Position numbers and translations under genes: made by a program. The notes below the pieces were generated by a model. It saw nothing but the letters and a program-made list of their open reading frames with translations, was not told the origin of the DNA and made no database searches. This document shows, piece by piece, positions 1 through 8,082 of a stretch of DNA of 64,000 nt; the first letter of the stretch is position 1, and each line of letters starts with the position of its first letter. The stretch comes from Actinomycetota bacterium (GTDB taxonomy: Bacteria > Actinomycetota > Geothermincolia > Geothermincolales > RBG-13-55-18), in assembly GCA_014360655.1 (NCBI GenBank), contig JACIXC010000001.1:228715-292714 (forward strand), in the 5' to 3' direction.

Positions 1-309
1 TACCTCATCGCCAGCCGCATGCGCTTCGACCTCTCCCGGCTCGAGGACCTGCGCCTCGCGGTGGACGAGGCGAGCAACTACGCCATCGCCCATGCCCCCC
101 GCGAATCCTCGCTGGAAGTTGAAATAGATCCCGGGAAGGAGTACCTTGAAATCGTCCTTAAATCGGAGCTGGCCGCGAACGGCGAAACGCGTTCCGCTAT
201 ACCCGAGTCGTTCAGCCGCATGATCATGGAATCCGTCGTCGACCAGGTGGACCTGCAGAGGGAGGAGGCTGCCTGCCGCATTTCCCTGCGGAAGAAATTA
301 CCCGGCTAG
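1..309 (+). CDS. Anti-sigma factor (RsbW/SpoIIAB-like serine kinase), probably 5'-truncated by the window edge
   Basis: 96-aa ORF 19..309 shows the HATPase N-box-like stretch LAVDEASNYAIAHA and continues upstream of the first Met with no stop before the window start. It lies immediately 5' of a SigB/SigF-type sigma gene, the classic rsbW-sigB arrangement. Confidence 0.5.
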   Translation, partial: YLIASRMRFDLSRLEDLRLAVDEASNYAIAHAPRESSLEVEIDPGKEYLEIVLKSELAANGETRSAIPESFSRMIMESVVDQVDLQREEAACRISLRKKLPG

Positions 310-336
310 GAAGGCTTCACCGAGGCGCATCCTTCC

Positions 337-1128
337 ATGAGGAGTCGTTCCGTGAGGGAAGAAGAGCGACGGCAAGAGCGAAGGGAGAGGATCCGGGAGC
401 TTTTCAAGCTCCTGAGAGAGACCGGGGATCCAAGGGTCCGGGACGAACTCATCTCCCTCAACATCCACCTGGTGGAGTACCTGGCCAGGAAATTCGCCAA
501 CCGCGGGGAACCCCTCGAGGACCTTCTCCAGGTGGGCTTCGTGGGTCTCATCAAGGCCATCGACCGCTACGACCTGGACCGCGGCGTGGAGTTCAGCACC
601 TATGCCACCCCCACCATCGTGGGCGAGCTCAAGCGCTACTTCCGCGACAAGGGCTGGGCGATCCGCATCCCCCGCCGCCTGCAGATGCGCGACCTCGAGC
701 TCAACCAGGCCATCGACCAGCTCACCCAGGAACTGCACCGCTCTCCCACCCTGCAGGAGGTGGCCGAGCACCTCGATGTGAGCCTGGAGGAGGTGGTTGA
801 GATACTGGAGAGCTCTTACGCCGCCAACTATCTCAGCCTGGACAGCATCTACCTGAACGAAGGCGATGACCGCGGCTTCTGCCTTCTTGACTACCTGGGG
901 GGGGAGGACAACGACTTCTCGCTGGCGGAGGACCGCGACGCGCTGGCCAAGCTTCTCACCCGCCTCTCGGACCGCGAGCAGAAGGTCATTTACATGCGTT
1001 TCTTCCGCGGCCTTACCCAGATGGAGATCGCCAGGGAGTTGAACATCTCCCAGATGCACGTATCGCGCCTGCTGCGCAAGATACTCGACAAGCTCCGCGA
1101 CGACCTGGGTACGGACATGGCGCCCTGA
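337..1128 (+). CDS. sigB: RNA polymerase sigma factor, sigma-70 family group 3 (SigB/SigF-like)
   Basis: 263 aa. Region 2 motifs (DLLQVGFVGLIKAIDRYD, FSTYATPTIVGELKRYFRDKGWAIRIPRR) and the region 4 HTH (LTQMEIARELNISQMHVSRL) are present. It is preceded by the anti-sigma ORF. Confidence 0.85.
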   Translation: MRSRSVREEERRQERRERIRELFKLLRETGDPRVRDELISLNIHLVEYLARKFANRGEPLEDLLQVGFVGLIKAIDRYDLDRGVEFSTYATPTIVGELKRYFRDKGWAIRIPRRLQMRDLELNQAIDQLTQELHRSPTLQEVAEHLDVSLEEVVEILESSYAANYLSLDSIYLNEGDDRGFCLLDYLGGEDNDFSLAEDRDALAKLLTRLSDREQKVIYMRFFRGLTQMEIARELNISQMHVSRLLRKILDKLRDDLGTDMAP

Positions 1129-1197
1129 GGGGCCCGCGGGAAGACGACCCCGGGCACCCGGCAGGGTACCATCCGCGGGTTTCTGCTCCCCCTCCCG

Positions 1198-2022
1198 CTA
1201 CTCCCAGAGCCGCATCTCCTTCTCCTCCACCCGCAGGGGGACCACCCTCTCGGGGGGGAGCAGGGAGGCGAGCATGACGGCGTTGCGGGGGGCCTTGCCC
1301 CGGTAATGGTTGTTGAAGATGGCGTAGGTCCTTTCCGCCCCGCCGTCCAGGGCCAGCAGGCCGGGCACCCATTCCCGCAGCTCGTCCTCGCTGTAGAGGT
1401 AGTCGTAGCGCTCCCAGGACTGGCGGTTGCGGTCCCACCATGCCTGGTAATTTCTGCCATGAAAGCGCACGTACCCGATGTGAGAGGTGAGGATGACGTG
1501 CGGTTTCACCAGCCCCCTGAGGCGGGGCTCGTCCACGCAGCAGAAGCCCATGCGCAGGTCGCGCAGCAGCTCCACGGTCTCCTCCGTTATCCACCCCTCG
1601 TTGCGGAACTCCACCACCAGGTCCCGAGAGGGCAGGAGCTCCCGGAAGAGGCGCAGGTAGTCGCGGTTGGCGGGCGTGTTCTTAAAACCCCAAGGGAACT
1701 GGGCCAGCAGGCAGGCGAGCTTCCCGTGATCCTCCAGGGGGCGGATCACCTCGAGAAAACGCCCGAACTCCTCCCGGTTGTCCCGGTATTTATGGGTGAG
1801 GCCCTGGTAAACCTTAACGATGAACCTGAAGTCTATGGGAGTCCTACGGGCCATGGAGAGTATGGCGCGTGGCGAGGGCAGGGCGTGCCATGTGCTGTTC
1901 ACCTCCACCACCGGGAAACGGGACGAGTAGTATTCAAGCATGTACTTCTTATCCTGCCCCTCGGGGTAAAAGGCTCCTTTCCAGTCCTGGTAGCTGAAAC
2001 CCGCCGTGCCTATATAGATCAC
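1198..2022 (-). CDS. DUF72 family protein
   Basis: 274 aa. N-terminal IYIGTAGFSYQDWKGAFYP is the DUF72 signature. Length is typical for the family. Confidence 0.8.
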   Translation of the reverse strand: MIYIGTAGFSYQDWKGAFYPEGQDKKYMLEYYSSRFPVVEVNSTWHALPSPRAILSMARRTPIDFRFIVKVYQGLTHKYRDNREEFGRFLEVIRPLEDHGKLACLLAQFPWGFKNTPANRDYLRLFRELLPSRDLVVEFRNEGWITEETVELLRDLRMGFCCVDEPRLRGLVKPHVILTSHIGYVRFHGRNYQAWWDRNRQSWERYDYLYSEDELREWVPGLLALDGGAERTYAIFNNHYRGKAPRNAVMLASLLPPERVVPLRVEEKEMRLWE

Positions 2023-2148
2023 GTGATCGCCCCCGAAGGAACAGGTGCGCGCCTTGCGTCCTTATGTAAAGCTCAACATTACCCTTATACTTACTCCCTT
2101 GACCGCTTATTCCGGGTATAGGATCGACGTAAGGTTTCAGCGGTGGTT

Positions 2149-2418
2149 TCAGTTCTTGAGGATCTTCACGTCATCGATGGCCACGTCTATGTAGCTGTAT
2201 GCGACGCGCTCGTCCACGTTGCGGCGATTCTTGAAGCGGAAAAGGAACACGGTGGGGTAAACCCCCTCGATAACTCCCTCTCTCTCCTCCCAGTGCGTTT
2301 TGGGCTTCGACTCCTTGACGGAGATGCGCACGACCTTTCCCACCAGCTTGCGCATGTCCTCCATGATGTCCGACAGGTTCTGGTTCTCGATTCCCGCTGG
2401 CTTCATGCTTTCGATCAC
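2149..2418 (-). CDS. veg: Veg-like protein (biofilm formation stimulator Veg family, DUF1021)
   Basis: 89 aa. ERVAYSYIDVAIDDV and PTVFLFRFKN closely resemble B. subtilis Veg (ERVSYSYADVL, PSVFVIELD). Confidence 0.7.
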   Translation of the reverse strand: MIESMKPAGIENQNLSDIMEDMRKLVGKVVRISVKESKPKTHWEEREGVIEGVYPTVFLFRFKNRRNVDERVAYSYIDVAIDDVKILKN

Positions 2419-2752
2419 CTCTATTCATTCCGGGACCGGGAAAGCAAGATTATACCATAACCTTTCCCTTATCTCCACCTACATTCTAACACGATTGACG
2501 GAAGATATGGCGGTTTTGTTCCGCCAATTATGCCCTTGCCTCGCTATGGATTTCGCCGCCCTCCCCCTGTTGTCCTTCCACGATGTGCAGAAAAAGCCGC
2601 TAAAGGAGCTCGGGGCAGCTCTGATCCGGCGCTTTTATCTCCACGTGGCCATATCTCGATGTAAATCAACACTTTATCCATTGCGACGGTTACGCGAGGG
2701 CTGTTCTCGTGGTCTTATCCATTGCGAAGGTTGCGCCGAGGCCGGCGCAGCT

Positions 2753-3806
2753 TCACTGCAGCCCCTCGAGGGCGAGCAGGGCGTCCTCGAGGCTCTCAAC
2801 GGGGATGAGGCGGAGGGATGTCTCGACCCCCGCGAGGTCATCCTCGTTCGCCGCCGGGTAGAGGAAGACCTCCGCGCCGCCGGCCTCCGCCGCCCGTATT
2901 TTCATGGGTAACCCCCCTACGGGGCCCACGCTGCCGTCCGGAAAAATCTCCCCCGTCCCCGCCACCTTGCGACCCCGGGTGATGTCCTCGGGCGTGAGCG
3001 CGTTCACCAAGGAAAGGGCCAGCATCAACCCCGCCGAGGGTCCCTTGACCGCCTCCAGCCGCCATTCCACCTCCACCTCCGACTCGTAGTCGAAATAGTC
3101 ACGCGTGGATGCGCCGATGACCCACCTTCCCAGCCTGGGCTCCCAGACGGGGGCAAGGGCCACCTTCCTTTCCTCGCCAAGAAGGTTGGAGAGGCCGAGG
3201 AGGGCGGAGATGCCTGTCTTGCCGCCTTCCTCCCAGGCGGCATGCAGCTCTTCCTCGTCCATTTTTCGAACCCCGAGGATCACCTCTTCGCCGTGCGGGG
3301 CCGCGTCTATGAGCTTTCCCAGCTCCACGGCGTTCCTGACCGCGGCGCCGTTAACGGAGACCACGACCTCCCCAACCGCGAGCTTCCCCTCCGCCGGGTA
3401 CCCCGCCGCAACCGCGACCACCAGCACGCCTAGCTCCTCCACCTCCACCTCGAGGCCCATCTTCCGCAGGCCCACCACCGCGGCGCTGTTGCGGCTGAGC
3501 AGGGTGACCGCCTCGTCCACCCTGTTCTGCCCCTCCACGTCCAGCCCTTCCCCCAGGTATTCCCTCGCCTTCAGCATGTAGCGCTCGTCGCCGAAAAGGT
3601 GCGCCAGGTGGTTGAAGAGGCGTGCCTCCCGCAGGCTGACGGAGGTGAGCATGAGCTCGCCCCGTGCCCCGTAAGTGCCGGCTCCCTGCACGGTGATGCC
3701 CGACTGCAGGTCGAATGACGGTCCCGGCCCCTCGAGCAGGAACCCCGTGGGCACCGACCAGAAGAGGAAGAGCAAGGGCAAGAGGAAAAGGAGTAGTGCC
3801 TTTATG
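2753..3806 (-). CDS. S16-family Lon-like peptidase with PDZ domain (YlbL/SdrC-like); start uncertain
   Basis: N-terminal TM segment followed by PGPSFDL, then a PDZ-like block (VVSVNGAAVRNAVELGKLI) and a Lon C-terminal proteolytic domain (KGPSAGLMLALSLVNALT, catalytic Ser in PSAG). The 586-aa ORF extends far upstream as G/R-rich non-coding-looking sequence. The true start is probably a non-ATG codon near 3806. Confidence 0.7.
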
Positions 3807-3936
3807 GCCCCCGCCGGTGGCCTGTATCTGCCCCCTTCCTTCCTGGCCCGACCGGGAACCCGGCCACCCGCAAGGAGGCCCGTTCCTCTCCCGGGACCGT
3901 ACCCGGGATCCCTGCCGGGACCTTTCCGGGGACGCC

Positions 3937-4929
3937 TCACATGACCACGTCCACCGTTCTCCCGCAACGCCTGCACCTCTTCTCCTCTATGCCCTTGACG
4001 GAGACGGCGTACCCGCGCCGTTCGATGAGCAGGTTGCCGCACTGGGGGCAGTAGGTGTGCGAGCCGTCGGCCAGCGCCACGTTGCCAAGGAACACGTAGT
4101 ACAGTTTCCTGACGGCTATATCCCGCGCCCGCAACAGGGCCGCGAGGGGCGTGGGCTCGATGGTCATCTTGTAGGCGGGGAAGTAGGCGGAGAAGTGGAG
4201 GGGCACCTCCGGTCCCAGCCCGTGCACGAAGTCCACCAGGCGCTCGAAGAGCTCGTCGGAGTCGTTGAGGGTTGGGATGACCAGGTTGGTTATCTCCACG
4301 TGGATGCCCGCCTCCCGCGCCGCCCGGCAGGTCTCCAGCACCGGCTCCAGCCTGGACTTGCATATCTTGCGGTAGAACTCGGGGTCCATGGACTTGACGT
4401 CGATGTTCATGGCGTCCACGTAGGGAGCCAGGCGCGCGAAGGGTTCGGGGTTTATGGACCCGTTGGTCACCAGCACGTTGAACAATCCCTTTTCCCTGGC
4501 GAGCTGCGCGCATTCCAGGACGAACTCGTACCAGATGGTGGGCTCGTTGTAGGTGTAGGCGATGCCCGGCGAGCGGCGGCGGACGGCGTCCTCCACCGCG
4601 TCGCGGACGGCGAGTTCGCCGGTGGGCGCGTCATCTTCCAGCATATGCCAGTTCTGGCAGAAATCGCAGCGCTGGTTGCAGCCGCGCGTGCCCAGGGAAT
4701 AGATGGGTTGTCCGGGATGAAAATGGTAAAGGGGCTTCTTTTCGATGGGGTCCATGGAGCGGGCCATGGCCCGCTCGTAGTTCTCCGCGTAAAGCACCCC
4801 GTCCACGTTGACCCGCACGCGGCAGAACCCCTTCCTGCCGGGCGCGATGACGCAGTCCTGGGGGCAGAGGAGGCAGTGCACCCGCCCCCCTTCCAGCTTC
4901 TCGTAGTAGAGCGCTTCCTTCATCTTCAC
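3937..4929 (-). CDS. AmmeMemoRadiSam-system radical SAM enzyme (PFL-activase-like)
   Basis: 330 aa. N-terminal Cys cluster CLLCPQDCVIAPGRKGFCRVR plus the radical-SAM CxxxCxxC motif GCNQRCDFCQNW. Confidence 0.8.
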   Translation of the reverse strand: MKMKEALYYEKLEGGRVHCLLCPQDCVIAPGRKGFCRVRVNVDGVLYAENYERAMARSMDPIEKKPLYHFHPGQPIYSLGTRGCNQRCDFCQNWHMLEDDAPTGELAVRDAVEDAVRRRSPGIAYTYNEPTIWYEFVLECAQLAREKGLFNVLVTNGSINPEPFARLAPYVDAMNIDVKSMDPEFYRKICKSRLEPVLETCRAAREAGIHVEITNLVIPTLNDSDELFERLVDFVHGLGPEVPLHFSAYFPAYKMTIEPTPLAALLRARDIAVRKLYYVFLGNVALADGSHTYCPQCGNLLIERRGYAVSVKGIEEKRCRRCGRTVDVVM

Positions 4930-4976
4930 CCCTTCCCTCCCTGTTCTTCACCCCTTCCCTCCCTGTCATTCTACCC

Positions 4977-7001
4977 TTAAAAGAGCACCAGCACGAGGTG
5001 GGCGATGCCGCCCAGGACAAGGGCGAGGACGACGGTGGACGCGGTGATGAGCAGGGAGTCCCTCGCCCCCAGTTCCCTCCACAGCACCGCCAGCGTGGCC
5101 ACGCAGGGTATGTAGACGGAGCAAAGGAGCACGAAGGTGAAGACCTGGCCGCGGGTCATGAAATCCAGCAGGTTGGAGCTTTCGCTCACCCCGGGGATGA
5201 CGCGGGCGGCGAGCACCACCAGCAGCGCCAGGGCCAGCTCCTTGCGCAGGAAGCCCAGGATGAGAGCGAGGAGGGCCACGGCGGGGATCCCCAGCCACCA
5301 CTCCGCCAGGGGCCTCAGGGGGGTGGTGAGCCTCGCTATCCAACCCGTCTCGTAGAGCAGGCCGAGGACGACGCTACCCGCCACGATGAGGGGCGCCGCG
5401 ACCGCGAGGAAATCCTTCACGCGCAGCCAGGTCTTCTTGAGCACGTTCGCCAGGGAGGGCGCCCGGAAGGGGAACATCTCCATGACCAGCCCGGCGGACT
5501 CCCCCGGCATCACCTTGTTGAGCAGCAACCCCGCCAGCACCACCAGCAGAAAGACGATGGCGAAGAGCAGCAGCGCGTAACCCCATCCCAGGAAGCGGGA
5601 TACGCCCCCCATGATCACCGCCACCCGCGCGCTGCAGGGGACCAGGACGATGAGCACGCAGGCGATGACGCGTTCCCTGCGCGTGGAGAGCACCCTGGTG
5701 CCCATGATCGCCGGGACGTTGCAGCCCACGGCGGAGACGATGGGTATCACGGCGCGGCCGTGCAGGCCCAGGCGGTGCATGAAGCGGTCGGCGAGAAAGG
5801 CCGCCGCGTTCAGGTAGCCGCTGTCCTCGAGCAGCGCCAGGATGAGGTAGAAGAGCAGCAGGTAGGGAAGGGCGATCTCCAGCACCGCACCCGCCCCGTC
5901 CACGCCCCACTGGATGACCCTGGAGAGGGTCCCGGCGCCGAGCGCGCCGTCCAGGACGCGCCCCAGCGGATCGCTCACCAGGCTCTCCCAGAAGCGGGAG
6001 AAGAGGCCGGCAAGCTCCCCCCCGCCCCAGAAGATCGCCGTGAAGACGGCCCCCAGCACCAGCGCCAGCAGGGGTATGCCCGTGCGGAAGGAGGTGGTGT
6101 ACTCCCACAACCTCTCCCCCGGCAGGGGGCGTTGGTACTCCCGTCGCACCTGCACGCCGGAGGCGATGCTTCCCGCTATGCCGTGCCGTTCCCGCGCGAT
6201 GATCAGGCTCGCCCTCTCCCCGTGGTCTCGCGCGATCTCCTCCCCCAGCCGGCGCGCGTAGCGTAAGACCTCCTCTCCGCCCTCCTTTTCCTCCATGAGC
6301 CTCACCATCTCCTCGTCCTCCTCCAGGAGGAGGATGGCCAGGGCGCGCGGGGGGAGACCGAAGGGGGTCTCCACGCCCTCCTGCTCGATGCGGGCGGCCA
6401 GCCTGCGCACGCGGGACTCGATGTCCTCCGCGTAGGAGAAGGGGATGACGGGATAATCCTCGCGGCGCTCGGCCACCTCCACCGCCTGGCCGATCAGCTC
6501 GTTCAGCCCGTCCCCCCTGACGCCCACGGTAGGGACCACCGGTACCCCGAGGTACTCGGAGAGGAGCTCCACGTCGGTGTGTATCCCCGCCTTCTCCGCC
6601 TGGTCGACCAGGTTCAGCGCCGCCACCACCGGGCATGCGAGGTCCATGAACTGCAGTAGAAGGTAGAGATTGCGCGCCAGGTTGTTGGCATCGAGGATGA
6701 CGATGACCACGTCTGGCTTGCCCTGCAGGACCCCCCTGCGGGCCACGAGCTGGTCCTCGGAGACCGCCCCCAGGGCATAGGTGCCGGGCAGGTCCATGAT
6801 GCCCAGGCGGCGTCCCGCGAACTCGCTGAGCGCGAGGTTGAGCTCCACCGTCATGCCGGGATAATTGGCGGTCATCACCCCCATGCCGGTAAGGCGGTTA
6901 AAGATGGTGGATTTTCCCACGTTGGGATTTCCTGCCAGCGCAAGCAGGAGCTCTGCGCGTTCGCGCAGTTTCTCCAGTGCCTCCAGCCGCTCGCCCTTCA
7001 T
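4977..7001 (-). CDS. feoB: Ferrous iron transport protein B
   Basis: 674 aa. N-terminal G-domain (LAGNPNVGKSTIFNRLTG, G4 NLVD) followed by a polytopic permease with gate motifs. Confidence 0.9.
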   Translation of the reverse strand: MKGERLEALEKLRERAELLLALAGNPNVGKSTIFNRLTGMGVMTANYPGMTVELNLALSEFAGRRLGIMDLPGTYALGAVSEDQLVARRGVLQGKPDVVIVILDANNLARNLYLLLQFMDLACPVVAALNLVDQAEKAGIHTDVELLSEYLGVPVVPTVGVRGDGLNELIGQAVEVAERREDYPVIPFSYAEDIESRVRRLAARIEQEGVETPFGLPPRALAILLLEEDEEMVRLMEEKEGGEEVLRYARRLGEEIARDHGERASLIIARERHGIAGSIASGVQVRREYQRPLPGERLWEYTTSFRTGIPLLALVLGAVFTAIFWGGGELAGLFSRFWESLVSDPLGRVLDGALGAGTLSRVIQWGVDGAGAVLEIALPYLLLFYLILALLEDSGYLNAAAFLADRFMHRLGLHGRAVIPIVSAVGCNVPAIMGTRVLSTRRERVIACVLIVLVPCSARVAVIMGGVSRFLGWGYALLLFAIVFLLVVLAGLLLNKVMPGESAGLVMEMFPFRAPSLANVLKKTWLRVKDFLAVAAPLIVAGSVVLGLLYETGWIARLTTPLRPLAEWWLGIPAVALLALILGFLRKELALALLVVLAARVIPGVSESSNLLDFMTRGQVFTFVLLCSVYIPCVATLAVLWRELGARDSLLITASTVVLALVLGGIAHLVLVLF

Positions 7002-7072
7002 CCCCTCACCTGCCGGCCGCGGCGCAGGGAACGCACTGGGCGTCGTCCCTTTCCTCGCATGGCATCCCCGCG

Positions 7073-7837
7073 CTAACGGCTACCGCCGCGGTGGCGCGGT
7101 CCCCCTCCCCTGCCCTTCGCCCTTCCCCGACCCTTCCTGGTCCAGATCTTTGAGGCCACCTCCCTGCCCAGCGCGTACTGGGCATCACCTATCTTCACCA
7201 GCAGGGGTCCGCCGAAGGGAGCCACCTCCATGACCTCCACGTCGACGTCGGGCATGAGGCCCAGCGAGGCGAGGTACTGCAGGAGGCGAGGCTCTTCCTC
7301 CTCCACCCTTGCTATGCATCCCTTCTCGTCGGGTGAAAAATCGCAGAGGGGCTTCACCTCGCAGTCCTCCATGTGGCCGTTCTCGTCGGGAATGGGATAC
7401 CCGTGGGGACACGTCTCCGGGTTGCCCAGCATCTCGGCCAGCTTCTCCTCCACCTCCGGGGAGATGACGTGCTCCAGACGGCAGGCTTCCCGGTGGGCCG
7501 CCTCCCAGTCCAGCCCCAGCATGTCGGTGAGGAAGCGCTCCGAGAGGCGGTGGCGCCTCACCAGCGTCCTCGCCGCCCGCTCGCCCCGCGGCGTGAGGGC
7601 GATGATGCGTTTTGCCCTGCCGTAGCCCTTGCCCTTGCCTTTTCCCTTCCCGCCGCCCGCATCGAGGTAGCGCACGTACCCCTCCGCCTCCAGGCGTCGC
7701 AGCATGTCCAGCACCGTAGGGGGCGTGAGTTTGAGGTGCTCGGCCAGGCGGGTCGGGGTGAGCGCTTTTTCCTCCCGGCTCAGCTTGAACAGCGCCTCCA
7801 GGTACTCCTCCATCTTTTCCGTGAGCATCCTTCCCAC
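7073..7837 (-). CDS. DtxR/MntR-family metal-dependent transcriptional regulator with C-terminal FeoA/SH3-like domain
   Basis: 254 aa. N-terminal wHTH (TPTRLAEHLKLTPPTVLDMLRRLEAEGYV), a metal-binding/dimerisation region, a GKGKGKG linker, and a C-terminal FeoA-like domain (CPLCDFSP...GCIARV...LGLMPDVDVEV). It is directly upstream of feoB on the same strand. Confidence 0.8.
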   Translation of the reverse strand: MGRMLTEKMEEYLEALFKLSREEKALTPTRLAEHLKLTPPTVLDMLRRLEAEGYVRYLDAGGGKGKGKGKGYGRAKRIIALTPRGERAARTLVRRHRLSERFLTDMLGLDWEAAHREACRLEHVISPEVEEKLAEMLGNPETCPHGYPIPDENGHMEDCEVKPLCDFSPDEKGCIARVEEEEPRLLQYLASLGLMPDVDVEVMEVAPFGGPLLVKIGDAQYALGREVASKIWTRKGRGRAKGRGGGPRHRGGSR

Positions 7838-7990
7838 CTTCCTTGTCCTTCCTCCTCCAGGCCCTAACGCCGCCCCAACCGCCCGGCATCACGCTGCCGC
7901 GCCCCCGACCGCTCCCCGTTCCCCCCGACGTCTTCGCCCCCTTCCCCTGCATCGCCGCCCTTGAACATAAAACGTACCTTCGCATAAACA

Positions 7991-8013
7991 TTAGGCTTAT
8001 ATAACTATAAGAC
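7991..8013. promoter_or_regulatory. Candidate iron-box-like operator in the AT-rich promoter region of the dtxR-feoA/feoB operon
   Basis: TTAGGCTTATATAACTATAAGAC contains the inverted repeat CTTATA-N4-TATAAG and begins like the IdeR/DtxR box TTAGGTTAGCCTAACCTAA. It lies in an unusually AT-rich stretch (7965-8045) about 150 bp upstream of the regulator start. Confidence 0.35.
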
Positions 8014-8082
8014 TGCGTTCCCATTAAAGCAATGACTTAAAGAGGGCAAGCTGGATGGAGAAGTGCGGCAACGGGCCCCGTC

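Noticed and set aside
3808-4513. Upstream 235 codons of the 586-aa ORF containing the S16/PDZ protease
   Set aside because: G/R/P-rich with no hydrophobic signal before the TM helix. Homologs (YlbL-like) begin at the TM segment. Treated as a non-coding extension of an ORF with no in-frame stop.
5374-6636. 420-aa minus-strand ORF inside feoB (alternate frame) and a 422-aa plus-strand antisense ORF at 4998..6266
   Set aside because: Extreme Gly/Arg/Pro bias. feoB in the other frame has the G-domain and permease motifs.
7073-7837. DtxR-FeoA fusion as a novel domain architecture
   Set aside because: The C-terminal SH3-like domain of DtxR/IdeR-family regulators is itself classified as FeoA-like. 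The architecture is standard for the family, so it is not reported as novel.
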